Assembly (NCBI GenBank): GCA_012295275.1
Contig: CM022676.1
Location: 15,500,001 to 15,564,000, forward strand
Source of the DNA: Chrysomallon squamiferum
Lineage: Eukaryota > Animalia > Mollusca
Direction: 5' to 3'
Length of the DNA: 64,000 nucleotides
Below are positions 27,432 to 63,865 of the stretch, piece after piece. The notes under the pieces are model-generated. The model worked only from the letters and a program-made list of their open reading frames with translations, ran no database searches and was not told where the DNA came from. A program made the position numbers and the translations under genes. The number at the start of each line of letters is the position of its first letter. Position 1 is the first letter of the stretch.

Positions 27432-27601
27432 CTTTAATGCAGAGCCATATAAAAGTGCTCACTTTGGACAAGGAACTGGGCAGATATGGCTTGATGATCT
27501 GACATGTGATGGAGATGAAGACAGTGTTGAATAGTGTTCATTTCCTGGCTGGGGGAAAGAAGACTGCAGTCACTCAGAGGATGCTGGTATCAGCTGTCAA
27601 T
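27432..27601 (+). pseudogene. Gene A SRCR9 (type A) exon b with dead acceptor and nonsense codon
   Basis: tttaaa|ctttaatgc (gene B: tttaag|ctttaatgc); DEDSVE*CSF, TAG 27532-27534 (AAG in gene B). Confidence 0.88.
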
Positions 27602-28250
27602 GTCAGTTTGCATTTCATTTTTTATTATTTTAATATATGTGTGTGTTTGTGCGTGTTTATATATGTATATTAGTTTTATATAGTTCAACCCCGGAGCTTC
27701 TACAGTTAGTATCCCACCTATTTCGTTTACCTTTTCGTCAATTAAAAAAAAAATATCCCAAAAAAAATTAAATAAATAAATAAATAAAATAAAATAAACA
27801 ACAAAAGTAATAAAAAACATTGAGTTTGTTGCCTAGCAGGTTACAAGTATAATGTTTTAGTTTTAATTGCAAAAAAACGACTAGCGTTATTAGCGGCAGA
27901 ATAATAATACTGAATAGCTTTCCTTCACATAGACCTGTCCGGCAACAGGAGGCGACCACTATTTTGATGATGAAATCGATAAAATTACAATATTTTTTAT
28001 TAAAGTCTATATCTTTATTTTGTTTATATTCAAAATAATCTTTGTAACAAATGAATCAGCGAAACCAAACTATGCATAGGAATATAATGCTTCTCTAATT
28101 CGACATGTTGAACATTAATTTTAAGTGGAAATCACGTTCATAAATGATGTAATAGTTTTTCTTTCACTGAGTTCATAAAGTTCCCACTTATTGTTTATTG
28201 GTCTTTTCCTTTTATATTCATATTCTAGATTTTATAGAAAGAAGCAATAA

Positions 28251-28363
<113 letters not shown>

Positions 28364-29403
28364 GAATTAAGCAAAGAATAACTCCCCAAATGATAAATTT
28401 ATTTTGAGAAAGTTGAAAATCATATTTGCCATTTGTTTCAATCACTTTAAAGTATTGATCAGTCTTTTTAATGTTTTATACAAAACTTTTGCACAACAGT
28501 GGAATATCTATTTGACTCTTTTTTCTTGTAATCATCAGCTTCGTTCAAAACATTTCTTACCTTGTCGATTTACAAATCAGCTTTATTTCCGACTTTTTTA
28601 ATCACCGTTTTCATTTTTGTTTTTCTTAAATCTAAATTTAGAAGTTGTTTTTGTTTAGTTCTTTGCCTTTATCTAATGGGATTTAGATATATTATCACAC
28701 TGACATAACGTTTGAACACATTTACTTAGTATTATGTTCAGTTTTGATCACTTTATTTATTTATTTATATATTGTCAGTTTATTTTTGTGTGTTTCTTTG
28801 TTTGTTTTCAACCTGAAAATTGAATTATGTGGGAAAAGCTGTCCTTTTAAAATTAAGAATGACTCAGTCGAAACTTTGAAATGTCAAACATAAAAAGAAC
28901 AGCTACGTAAGACAAGTGCCACTTGGTTTGTAAAACTTTCAGGATGATTCGCACCTACATAATTCCAATGACAAACCAGGTCATTTTGTTAAACCAGATT
29001 GCAAGACTCATAGCTAACTTCAGTGTTACCTTTCAAACTACATTATTATTATTATTATTATTATTAGTAGTAGTAGTAGTAGTAGTATTTAATATATGAT
29101 ATACATACCTTCTGCAGTTTAAATTCTAATTTCTTTAACCCTAATTTATCTTGTTTCTGGTCATAATAAATTAATACAGTGAAAGTCACTGACAAAAGAC
29201 CGCAGGCATATTTCTTTGAATCTTTCGCACATTTACCTTTCAAACAGAAACTTAAAGATACATCCTAATGTTTCATAAATATACATTTCATTTGTTCTTA
29301 CAATGATACTCATTATTCTTTCTTTCTTTCTTTCTTTCTTTACTTATTTATTTATTTGTATTCATATATATATGTATTGATTTACTAATTTATTTATTTA
29401 TAG

Positions 29404-29658
29404 ATAGAGTCCTCTCTGTTACATTCAGTCCTTCAGTTCCAGGAAACATTGTTGAAGGAGAAACTCTAAATGTGACCTGTGTTTTTGATTGTGACTCATC
29501 TTGTGTCTACACGTGGAGAAGTGAAGATCGGTATTTGGTCAACAGTTCTGAGTTAACTGTTGGTCCTGTGAGCAGAAATCAGACAGGATAAACATTTACA
29601 TGTACAGCAAATAGTTCTGAACGTTCAGGAAGTAACCACTTCCAGCTTAGAGTTCTTT
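29404..29658 (+). pseudogene. Gene A Ig domain 1 exon with in-frame TAA
   Basis: YRVLSVTFSPSVPGNIVEGETLNVTCVFDCDSSCVYTW...VSRNQTG*TFTCTAN; TAA 29589-29591 (CAA in gene B). Confidence 0.88.
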
Positions 29659-30620
29659 GTAAGTTCCAGTTTCACATAGAAACTTAGAACTTTTAATACA
29701 AGAGTGAAACATACGAAGACATTAAGATACATTTTAAATAGCCGCTTTACATTTTTAATTCATCTGGACAAAAGCTGTTAAATGAGAGCATGATAACAAA
29801 ATTGTTTTTAATTTATTTACTTTGTTTTGGTTGGGACACACATCCAAACAGGTAAGATTTCCTGTTAAGTACCTGCCAAAATAATCTTTTTTCTTCTTCA
29901 TATTTTAAATTATATTGCAGTTTTTTCTCTAATCAGCACTGAACTTCTAACATTATTCGAACCAGAATGTCTTTCTTAGAGTTCAAATGAGTGACAGTTT
30001 TTGTAGAATCTCTTTGACCGTCCGCTTTATTGACTACTTCAAATATTTGTGATAACATGTTTTTTTATTTTTTTTTTATTTTTTTTTTTTTTTTTTTTTT
30101 ATTATTATTTTTTTTTTTTTGAAAAATCGTTACTTGGTTTCTTTTTCATTTCATTTCAAATATTACTTGTATGGTCATAAGTGAAATTCTTCTCATGTTT
30201 AAAAAAATGTTCAGAGTCAACTGGAGAAGCGTGTCTGACTAGACAGTGTTGTAGATCTGCTGACATTGTTTACCTATCGTGTTGTCAATACTTGTATGAA
30301 ACACTTCAACCTGATTTTGTGTTTTAACTACATACATATAACCAATTCTTTATAAATATCTCTCCTACATTAAGTGATCAAGGATAATATTTTCCTCTGC
30401 TCACTTTTCTACGTTAATTATAACTTACTAGAATATGGAAATGAAAGTTGAAGTACTGGAGACAATGTTTTTTAGGTGCACAATATATACGCATATAAAA
30501 TTATCTGTTGAGTAGTTATCAGTACTAATACTTAACATTAAATTATTAGTATTTGACTGTTCACCTTCCATCCCACTTATCAATGATTCCACGTGTAGTA
30601 AATTTTCTCTAACATTGCAG

Positions 30621-30899
30621 ACCAAACTTCTATTACATCTTTGACGTTAAACTCAAATTCTACAAAGATAACAGTTGATGAGCTGATTCCCATGACTCTG
30701 AGATGTGAAGTTGACAGTAATCCAGCATCTCACATCAAACTGTTAAACAACTCACACATTCTACGTGAAGTGAACAACTCCAAGTCAGTGGAGTACAGCT
30801 GGAATGAAGCTGGATGTCTGGATACAGGATTTTACACTTGTGAAGCAGGAAACAACATCAAGTCTGATGTCAGTCAAAGTGTGCAGCTTGTTGTTAAAT
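30621..30899 (+). CDS. Gene A Ig domain 2 exon
   Basis: YQTSITSLTLNS...MTLRCEVDSNPAS...AGCLDTGFYTCEAGN...QLVVK; phase 1-1. Confidence 0.9.
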
Positions 30900-31562
30900 G
30901 TAAGATATCAACACCAGCAATTACTTTCTTATGCAGTAAATCAATAAATAAATAAATATAATCAAACAAAAAGAGCAGATGAAAACAGTTGGTAATTACA
31001 ATGTTCATTTAGCAGCCCGTTAACTAATCTATCTCCCTGTGTGGCTTTCTGAATGTGAAGCTCTCCTTGTGTATGTGTGTCTGTACGTAGGTGTTACTTG
31101 TGTGTCTCTATGGATATGTACGTTGATATGTGCCAGTACTACTGTGTACACATGTTGTTAACTGCGAGTATGAGTGTATAACGTAATATATGTGTGCATG
31201 TAACAGTACACTCAAGTTGTTTTACTCTGTGTATGTGTAACTTAATGTCTGTCTTCTGTGTGATTGTGCGTTTACCTTGTTTTATTGTGACTATGAGTAT
31301 ATACTTTAATATGTAAATAGCTGAGTTTAGCCTTCATGTTCTTTAACTGTGTGTGTATTTGAAGCGCTTAACGTATATTTTTCTTCATAATATTTGGACG
31401 TTTTTAATTTTACACTTGAAACCAAATAACAAAAAAATTAAAGTATGTGTTGTTAAATAAAACAATAAAAGATGTCCGTATTTCATTAATCTAAGTAATT
31501 AAACTGAAGGTGAATGCAGTCATTTATATTTAAGTACATCATTTATCTATTTACCGTTTCAG

Positions 31563-31871
31563 GTGCTCCAAGACTTGATCATCGTGTTTCATTCCACGGA
31601 AAGGTTAAAACAGCAATCTACATTAACTTGACTCTGAACGTGTCAGTAATAGCCAATCCAGAACCCGTTTTCTCCTGGTACAAAGTTACAGACAAAATCC
31701 CCGAAAGACTGGGTGCTGGCAGCTCAGACTTTAATGAGAGTTATGCTTCATATCTTGGTTATTACACTTTGTACAATGTTCAGCCTGAAGATTTTGGCGT
31801 GTATCACGTGATCGTGTCAAATACAGGCTCGTCGACAGATCTTCTTGTGACGCTGTCGGTTGACACAGACG
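31563..31871 (+). CDS. Gene A Ig domain 3 exon (I-set-like, no core Cys)
   Basis: CAPRLDHR...LTLNVSVIANPEPVFSWYK...NVQPEDFGVYHVIVSN; phase 1-1. Confidence 0.88.
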
Positions 31872-32238
31872 GTAAGAAAACTGATTATGTGTACTCGTGC
31901 ATGTTTGTTCGTTCGTTTTTTTGTTTGTTTTTTGTTTGTTTTTTTGTTTTTTTTGCTATGTATGTATGTATATATGGATGTATGTATGTATGTATCATGT
32001 AGGTAGGTAGGTAGGTAGGTAGGTACAGAGGAAGGTAGATAGGTAGTTAGATATGTGTGTATATGTGTGTATGAATGAATGCATCTGTCTTTGTGTATAT
32101 ATTATGCGTTCATGCATGGATGTATGAATATATATATGTGTATGCCATTAAATGAATAAATGAATAATCGGATGAATGAAGCGATAAAAAATTGAATAAA
32201 GGTTTAAAACAGATTATTTTAACTTTATAACTAAACAG

Positions 32239-32535
32239 GATTTCCGACTGTTCCGTCTAACGTCAAAGCATACCGGAATGGTCCAACTTCTTTTTGTGTT
32301 TCCTGGTCTGAAGTGTTCAATGGCGGACATGGACAATGGTTTTTAGTCCAGTCTCGTTTTAACACGACGTCGACGTGGACGAACGCTGACGAATTCCTAG
32401 AAGCAGGAAACCAGTCTACGCACACTACCGAACTGAGTGAGCTGGAGAGAAACAGACGTTACTTGGTGCGGGTTGTGGTGTGTAACACACTCGGATGTAG
32501 AGGCGAGACGACGCAATTAAGTGTGTCACTTGAAG
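32239..32535 (+). CDS. Gene A fibronectin type III exon
   Basis: GFPTVPSNV...SFCVSWSEVFNGGHGQWFLVQ...LSELERNRRYLVRVVVCNTLG; phase 1-1. Confidence 0.88.
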
Positions 32536-33424
32536 GTAAAAATAAAATATGTGACACAACACACTGAATCAAGTCTTAAGTAGCAATTTGGGTTTTTGAG
32601 TTACGTACAATTATGTTAAATGAATTATGACTTAAGTTTCATTGTGTTCGATTCTTTGCTTAAAAGAAAATAATATTCTATAACGTAACAAATGAATAAA
32701 TGAATCTTCCTTCGTTATACCTATCAATAACTCCATCTGGCTGTCTCTGTGCCTCTCTATATGTTTGAGTATATGTACACATACTTACACACGTGTCCAC
32801 CTTTCCCTCTCTTTCACTGTATGAATACGTCTGTATGTCTGTATTTCTTTATGTCTGTATTTCTGATTATCTCTGTATATCACTCTGAGTTTAAAAAAGA
32901 ATTATTATCTGATTAATCTGAATACAGGATTCTGGGGATATTACTTGTATAAAAATATGCTGCACACATTTATCTCACGCTATTTAAAAACTTCTGACAA
33001 AAACACGAACATGTAAACATCAAGAAATCTGATTCAGTGTGAGTATCAGTTATCTTTGTCTTAGATAATTTAATCTAATACAAATTAGTTTCATTCAAAA
33101 GTTTAAGCTGGGTAATAAGATTGCTGTTAAATCTGGGAAACATTGTGGTGTTTTGGAATAAAACTGAAGCTACACTAGAACGTTTGATATATTCAAACAT
33201 GGCTTTAGCAACTGTTTTATACAGACTAAACAGCAGTCTGCTTTAGTTCTGAACTGATTTTTCAAATCACGCACAGATACATAGACACACACTTCATGTA
33301 CAGTCAAACCCGGCCCACGTTTTTAATGAAGACATAATGAAGTTTACTGAAAAGTGGCGTAAAGCTGAATTGAAGAAATAACGTTTTACAGCGCGGACGT
33401 GCTTGCGCGTGTTGTATGTTTGTA

Positions 33425-33467
<43 letters not shown>

Positions 33468-33967
33468 CATTCATATGTATTTATATATACATGTATGTAT
33501 GTATGTATGTATATTTATATATGTTTCCCTGTTTCAGAAAACGCTATGGAGAAAAAAGGAAACTGCTTCAGAGAATAAATGAAACTGTATTCAGAGACTG
33601 TCATATTCTAAGAAAATCTGTCTATATATTCTATACTTATATGAATATATTTAACAACAAAACAGTAAAGCTAAATAATATTTGGACGTTTTCTTTTCTG
33701 AAATGTACTGTCTGTAATTATACATACGCTAACATTATATTAATAAAGTAATTATCCAGTTATAGTTTGGTTTTCATTAAGTAATTTTAATTCATTAAAC
33801 AATCGGGCAAAAATGTGAGACAGAGAGACGTTATGCTTACATTGTTTTCATTCTAAATAATCGTTTGTATATTTATAATCGATATAAATTTTTTCTTTAT
33901 TTCTATAAGAGTAGTTCTATGGACATATCGAGGTAAAGATCGATAGAGTTATTCTTCAACTGAAAAG

Positions 33968-34004
<37 letters not shown>

Positions 34005-34768
34005 TAATAAAAATAAAAATAAATTAGGAATTAAATTATATTTGCCCTAACAAAGATGTGCGTATGATCATTTCACAGGTGTTAGTCTAGTAAAATAAAC
34101 ACTTTCTTTTCTAGTACTGACAGACAGATTCGCACATTACATGTAGATTTCTCATATTTGTACATTTCAAATTTCTGATCGACTAGAAATAGTGAATATT
34201 CCTACTGCTTCTACAGCAACTACAACAGCTTCTGTTACTACTTTTATTAATATTTATTTTACTACTACTTGTATAACTCCTACACTTACTATAGCTTCTT
34301 ACACAATTCCGATAGCCAAATATTACTACTACTACTACTACATCTATTATTATTATTATCGTTGTTATTGTTATTATTATTACAACTTTTGTTATTGTTA
34401 ATACTATTATTAAAAAAAAGAAGAAGAGAAATGAGATATATGATGTAATTATTTTTAGCTGCTGTAAAATTGTTAGTATTATTATAATTACTGTCACATA
34501 TATTGTAACTACAACAACTACCACTACCTCATCAACTACTACTTCTATCGCTGCTGCAATAAATGCAACTGCTACTAAACTGCACATTATTTCCTACCAT
34601 TTCCCTTAATACTATTGCTACTTCTGAAGACGTAAATGTTATTACAGTTCTAAATAACTATTTCTATTACTACTTTTATTTATTTGTTTTATTATATTTT
34701 ATTATATTTTATTTTATTTTATTTTTGTTTTTTTGCTTGGAATTTTGCAAAATTAAATAATAGAATTC

Positions 34769-35647
34769 CTAGGAGGTTTGAATAAAATAACAGTTATGAT
34801 TTTTGAAATTGTATTTTATTACTAAATTCAAAACAAGATTTTTATAGATTCTAAGAATTTTTTTCTTATTTGACGGAATTTTGTATGAATAGTCACGTAA
34901 ACCAGCAAACATTTGAAAATTATAGTTAGAGTTTATCAAATCAGTTAGCACTTTGTTTTCACAGTTTTCCCACATCGGGGGTCGAACCGCCGACCAGCTG
35001 GTCCTTCCATAATTTCTACAGTTAGTATTCCACCTGTTCTGTGAACCGTGGACTATTTCTTCTTTTACTTTCACAGTCGAGAAATCTGGATTAAGTTCAG
35101 AATACCTATAGTAGACTGAGTCAACAGGATAATGACATTCTTCGCTAACATTTGACGCAGTCTTTTTTGGATAGAATTTTCTTTCGGAGGTAAAATTCAA
35201 CTGTTTTGGTCCTGTTTTACGAATAACACACTTGCCCGAGTACAGTGTGGAAACAGCCGGTTCTATATTTATCCTTGAAGTATCAGAAGAAGACAGGGAA
35301 CTGCTAGAAGTAAATTCATCAAATCCGCTAGAAAAAGACGACAAACTGGAATGTCGTCTTACGTTTTGTAGTTTAGTTCTGTCTGTTGTATCTGCAGTGC
35401 TGGTACACTCTGAACGTCGGTTATATATACTCACTCAGATTTTATAAAAGCAGGAATAGATAACTCAAACAGATTGTTACTGTTAAATTCGTTGTCGAAA
35501 TTTACTTCGTTGTTACGGAGAGGAAATATAATTGACTTTTGGGTTTCTTTTGCATCTGGTCTAATAATACAAGTACTGTTGATGTATATTAAAAGTTGAA
35601 AAAGGAGAGAGCGAGGCAGAGGTTTATACAGAATCTTACCTTTTCAT
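34769..35647 (-). pseudogene. Orphan Ser-rich gene C, two-exon start, frameshift near 35434
   Basis: ATG AAA AG|gtaaga (35647-35640), 64-nt intron with pyrimidine tract, in-phase exon (STCIIRPDAKETQK...FIKSE*) overlapping the start of the 221-aa ORF 34769-35434 in another frame; non-repetitive amino-acid composition. Confidence 0.45.
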
Positions 35648-35890
35648 TATGTAAGAAAAAAACTAAATCATTTTCACATACCTCAAATTACAAGAATAAA
35701 TTATGAAAATTCGTACAATATTTCACGTGGAGTCAAAAATAAGTTCATTCAATATTGTTTGTCATACATTGTCATTAAAACTTAAGTCGTGTTATTTAAC
35801 AATCCACCAATCAGAGTCAACTTTACTTACACCCCGGTAATCACTGCTACAATACTATTACGTAATCTTCATATATTTACACATAAATAT

Positions 35891-35905
35891 CGTCGCCGCC
35901 ATTTG
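35891..35905 (-). promoter_or_regulatory. YY1-like AAATGGCGGC motif, candidate promoter/TSS of gene C
   Basis: cgtcgccgccatttg in a small CpG-richer patch; GTAAGT donor ~60 nt downstream on the minus strand (~35830). Confidence 0.35.
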
Positions 35906-36172
35906 TTTTTTCTACGTTTACAAATGTCGGCGAACATGAAAGGTGATTTCGGTGAAGGTCAAAGACAACGAGTGAGATTAAACGATGTGACGTGGCTAGT
36001 TAATTGACACGTTTTTGTAAGAGTTTAGTTATTCTGGCTTTATGTTTTTTCAAATTCTCACAGTTTTTACACTCTTAAAACGAGGCCAGCAGAAATTATC
36101 TATTTTCTGTCACCTTTTAACTTCTATGTTCTTAAACGAAAACGTTATTCTCACAAAATAATACTAATACAA

Positions 36173-36216
<44 letters not shown>

Positions 36217-36461
36217 ATAATAATAATAATAACAGCTAGAAGGAGAGGAAGAAAGAGAAGAAGAAGATTTTCTTTATTTAATGACAGCACAGAACCAAAA
36301 CTATCGTTCAAAGGAAAATAAGAATATTATTTAATCTACGTCAGTTCAAGGAGCTTACTTATGATGTATCATTTTCTCCATTGCTTCTTATATAAATATA
36401 TATTTAAATATGTATGCATGTATCTATGTATATATATATATATATCAATATATATATATGT

Positions 36462-36513
<52 letters not shown>

Positions 36514-36762
36514 GTGTGTATGTGTGGGTGTGTTTTTAAAAGAGAAACTGTAATAAGAAATTAAAAAAATAGAAGAAAGAAAAACATTGTTACTGTCTAG
36601 TATCGCGGTTAAGTGCAGCAGTTAACCCACGTCTAACTTGTTTTAAAAACCATTCACTCATGTTAAATAAATATTTTAAAACACAGCAATTATTATTTCT
36701 TTGATCTCATTGTTCAGCTAATTTTATTTTATTTATGATTCTTCTTCTTCTTCTTCTTCTTC

Positions 36763-36839
<77 letters not shown>

Positions 36840-37109
36840 GTTAGTAGTAGTAGTAGTAGTAGTAGAAGTATTTATTTTTTAATTTATTTATATATTGTAT
36901 TTCATTTTGACGAGAAATAATAAAACTGTAAATAAGTATGTTGGTCTGCTTTACGTTCGGTGCATAATAATAAAGTCACTTTTTAAAACATTCTTGTTAT
37001 GGGTTCTAGTGTGACATCATCATTATAATTTATTGTCCTCAAGACGATAACAAGGCAGATAATTAATGCATGTGTTTGCAAAAAAGTATCAAAGTCATGC
37101 GTTGTTTTC

Positions 37110-37350
37110 ACTAAACATAGTTTAATCAGAAGTAAATGCATACAAATAATTAGAATTTTACAAAACATAGTTTAATCACAATTTTACTAGACATAGATTA
37201 ATCAGAATTTGACTAAACAGTCTAAATACAATTTCAATGTACAAAACATCAAAGTCATACAGTTTTTACAAGACACAATTTAATCAGGGGTTTTCTAGAC
37301 AATTAATCACAATTTTACTGAACATATATTAATTAGAAATTTACTAGACT
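37110..37350. repeat. Degenerate ~26-bp minisatellite
   Basis: Repeated acatagtttaatca(c/g)aattttactag-like units. Confidence 0.65.
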
Positions 37351-37569
37351 GTAATTGAAGAAAAAAATACAATACAAGCATACACTGCATATTACATTGT
37401 GTTGATATTAAACATAATACAAGTCTCAGTCCACATTTAAAACAAATGTGTCTAATGACGTTCTGAGAGGAACAGCAATATATATATATATGTGTATGTA
37501 TAATTATAATAACAATGATAAAAGAAGTTGTTTCGATGTTTTTAGTAAATACAGTAATAAACAGATATT

Positions 37570-37652
37570 TTAATGTATTGGTCCGTTATCATCGACATCA
37601 AATACTTCATACACATTTTGTTCACTTGACCCACTTTGTTCTAGGTTGTTAC
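37570..37652 (-). CDS. Candidate terminal cytoplasmic exon of gene B (GNNLEQSGSSEQNVYEVFDVDDNGPIH*)
   Basis: Good acceptor tttcttgtag, phase 1, NVYEVF tyrosine motif; linkage to gene B not demonstrated. Confidence 0.35.
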
Positions 37653-38470
37653 CTACAAGAAATAATAAGACATGCATAAATATTTATGTTAGGTTTCAAA
37701 ACAGTAAGTCATGCATATATATATATATAATTTTTTGAAAAATTGGAACGAAAGAAATATGAAAAGCGATAGACTGGCTAACGGTCCCAGGTTGCAGTTT
37801 ATAACACCTGCAAAAACAAGTAGTAATCTATAGTGCTTATAAACTAGTTTGCCATACTGCAAAGTTTTAATCTGTAAAACTCTGTATTTATCACATAAGA
37901 TAGTACAAATGGTTTCTGTCAGTTAATCATGTAATACAAAATAACCTCAGACGTTCTTAGCTCAGCATATAAATGACAACATTTTTTATCTCTACTATTT
38001 CATAATATTTTTCCAGCCTTCTGTTTCATACTCCTTCTTTATTTGATCATTCATTACTTCTTTTTATACCTTCCTTCATTTTTTCCTAATTGCCTTCCCA
38101 AAAGTCTTAATATATTCTGAACTTTCAGAATTTAAAGCGCTTTTGGTAAAGTAAGGCGTCTTCGAATAAATATGTAGGACATTTTGCACTTACCACTTTC
38201 AGAAGCAAGATTTTCGTATATTGAAGACATCGGTTCTGAAACGTTCCTGTGTTTTCAAAGAGACAACATTTCCAAGTGATTTGATTTTTCAGTTTTAATA
38301 ATGACATTTACATACTACTCACAAAAAAATGGTAAATGATCTCTTATTTTATTTGGTTAAACTAAAACTGTATTATTTTCCTTCTTCTTCTTCTTCTTCT
38401 TCTTATTGTTATTATTATTATTATTAGTATTAGAATTAGTATTATTATTATTATTATGATTATGATTATG

Positions 38471-38503
<33 letters not shown>

Positions 38504-38680
38504 GCAATATGAATGACAACGACAAGAAAAAAGAACAATAACAAAAACAATAATAACAAGAACAATACAGTTTTAGATTAACCAAAGAAAACAAGATCCA
38601 TTAAAAAAAAAAAAAAAAAAAACGAAATATAAACTACAAACAACGACAACAAAAAATAATAAAAGAAATAAAATAAAAAA

Positions 38681-38731
<51 letters not shown>

Positions 38732-38991
38732 AATGTAAATAAACATTGAAGTTAATTAAAAACAAACTGTTTAATAACCTAGCTATGGATTGTTGGATAA
38801 TAACATAAAATACACAAATATTAACATATTTAAATGCACAACCATAAAGAAATACTCATCAGATAATTAATTAAAATATCTCGCGTGTATCTGCATTGTT
38901 TATATGAATAACTTTACAGAAAATAAATGTAAACAATCATTCTTCACGATGACTACAGAACTGAAACTGTTTTATCTATCATAATAATAAC

Positions 38992-39066
<75 letters not shown>

Positions 39067-39082
39067 TAGTAATAATACATAA

Positions 39083-39545
39083 CAGATACAAACACACATC
39101 ACATACAGACATATACAGATCACATACAGACACACACATCACATACAGACTAACACAGATCACATACAGACACACACATCACATGCAGACATACACAGAT
39201 CACATACAGACATACGTACATCACATACAGACATACGGAAATCACATACAGATATACACAGATCATATACAGACACACACAGATCAAATATAGACATACA
39301 GAGATCACATACAGACAAACACAGATCATATACAGACATACACAGATCACATACAGACAGACACAGATCACATACAGACATACACAAATCACATACAGAC
39401 AGACACAGATCACATACAGACATACACAGATCACATACAGAAACACACAGATCACATACAGACATACACAGACCACATACAGACAAACACAGATCACATA
39501 CAGACATACAGAGATCACATACACACATACAGAGATCACATTCAG
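39083..39545. repeat. 21-bp minisatellite (acacagatcacatacagacat), about 20 copies
   Basis: 7-aa periodicity (CLYVICV) in the overlapping spurious ORFs. Confidence 0.9.
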
Positions 39546-42029
39546 ATCGCACACAGGCACATTCGTACATATACACATCACATATATACATACACACATA
39601 TATACATATACAGACACATCACAAACAATACACAACACACATACAAACATCAAAAACTCATATAGACAAACACACACACGCACACACACACATATATATA
39701 GCTATAGATATACATGACCCATTATCAAAAGCTGAACTATATTTGCCATGTTAAAATTGAACCAACTTTTTCACTTTATCTCATGCTGTTTTGTTCACCG
39801 TGTTGTACATATAGTAAAAAAAAAGTGCATTTGATGACAAGGTGTGTGTGACGTTGAAAAAAAAAAGGCTTATTTGAGCAAAAGAACTTAAAACTGTATA
39901 AAATTTCCGACTGAAAGCCTGACACAAGCAACAACCTTCAAACAATTTGAAACTGCGTCTCTGCATTTTTATAGATTAGTAACTTATCGGTAGTTCTTGT
40001 CCTGAAAGTAAAGTGAGATTTCGCTGTTGTTTTTGTTCCTTGTCGAGTTCTCTAATTCGGCCCTCGGTCCTGACGATTCTTGTCATCGCCAAGAGAAATT
40101 TTGCAAAGTCACAATTCGGAGAAATCATGAAACAATTACTATAACAAGTTCATCAGTGTTGTTGCCTTTCAATAATAATTCGTTTGCATTGTTTATTTTA
40201 AATATGTACACATTTACATACCCTTACGGGACTTTTTTTTATTATTTCTGTCGACGAATTAATGTAACTTCGTCATGTCCAAGCAAAGTCAAATGCTGAA
40301 AAAGCTGTTAAATACTACAAAGTGCTGATCAAGGTTTTGTATTCATACGACCAGAAAGTAGTCCGCTTAAATTCCATGATAACAAAGGCAAAATAAAGAC
40401 ATCGTAAGGAATTTACTATTTTCTTCATCGAACTGAAAAAATCCCAGTCCGAGCATTCCATCACATCTAACCACATTTTCGGTACCAGCAGTCTAGTTCA
40501 TATAATTGGACAAAACTGCTGAAAGTTGAGGATTCTTCCATTTTCATCCCCTCCCAAATCCCTTCTGTAAAACTACAATGGTAAACAAGATATATTGAAG
40601 GAAATATCATTATATGTTCTTTAAAATATGATGTGTTTTTTTTTATGTGTGTGTGTTAAATCAGTCATTTGTACGAGAATGTTAAACATGGATGGGTTAA
40701 ATGATCTTCGGCATCGGTGGTAAGCCATTAACAGCGTAGAGTAAAACGTCTTAAAATAGTGTCGCTCTACAGACGCCTGGCTTAACTACGCGAAAGTCGC
40801 TTTAGCGTTATTTTTTAGAACAGTTAGGAAGATGAAAGGTCAATCTTTCTAACAGTGTGCATGTCGTCGCTGGCAATTGCTTATATCAAAAGTCGTGTCC
40901 AAAAATGTATTTTTACTTGCCTTCAAATCAGTTAAAAAAAGATAAAATAAAAAAAGGCTGAAATAAAATCTATAAATTCCTAATCAAATGAAATCTTTCA
41001 AACAATGTGCGACACTACGGTGTGCATATAACGTTAAAAAGCTCCGCATTTAAAAATAGCACGTGCTTAGCGATATCTTCATAAGTTACGTTTTCTACAG
41101 TCTGAAATCGCAATAGATTTTATGTAAAACCAGAAAGGACTGGCGCTGTTTAAAATGATTATATTTCTACATAATATTCTCAATAAATTATAGTTCTAAT
41201 AATCTGTAGCAAGCATGTTTTCTTATATGTCTGAATTTTACTGCATATAAGATGAACGCGTTCTGAAATAAACGAATTAACACTGTGTTTTACCGATTAC
41301 TGTCTCTTCCGTTCTAAGACTGGCGATTGTTTTGCCTTCAAAATTGTTGCGATAAACGGCGAATTAAGAATCCCGTAGATAAGAAAGTATACTACATAAC
41401 AAAACTGAAATCAGAGGTATCGATAGAATGATGAATACAAAACTGATCATTTTTAATATCATATAATCATAAACTGATCAGTTTTAAACAATATTTGTGC
41501 CTATTTATAAGCTCTATAAGATAACACTTCAGATGATAGGTAATCTTTGTTTCCAGTCAAATCACGACAAGTAGAAAGGTAAGACAATTATTTTACGTCT
41601 TCTTCAAACGACATACGTATCAGACCTGTGACTTCAGTTGCCTTTAATCTCAAGATTGTATACATTTTATTGCCTCCAATTAGTACCTGCATCATCCTTT
41701 TGTGGAATAGACTCCAATGATTAGCTGAGTTTATGTATTGCAGATAATTATAATTAAACATTCAATGCTGGTAGTCTTGTAAAGTAACATTTTTATTTAT
41801 AATCCCTATTTATGTCTTGATTTTGTAATTCCTGTCAAGGTTATATTTAACAAAACATTAAAAGGACCCTGAGTAGATGTTTATTGATGGCATGACATTT
41901 TTCTTCTAAATCAAAAATAAAACGATTAAAATGTGGAGTCACTGTTTTGCACGAGTACATAATGTATCAACACACACATTATTACAATGCTAATAAGCTG
42001 TGTTAATCTATGCTACGAACTGGTATTAC

Positions 42030-63865
<21,836 letters not shown>

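Noticed and set aside
33298-33335. tacagtcaaacc resembling a Tc1/mariner MITE terminus
   Set aside because: No matching inverted terminus found nearby
39083-39689. Cys-rich periodic ORFs / CRISPR-like array
   Set aside because: Head-to-tail 21-bp minisatellite with no unique spacers, in eukaryotic context with no cas genes
33600-42000. Kinase, phosphatase, TIR or death domain downstream of FN3/TM
   Set aside because: No such motifs recognised on either strand between the genes
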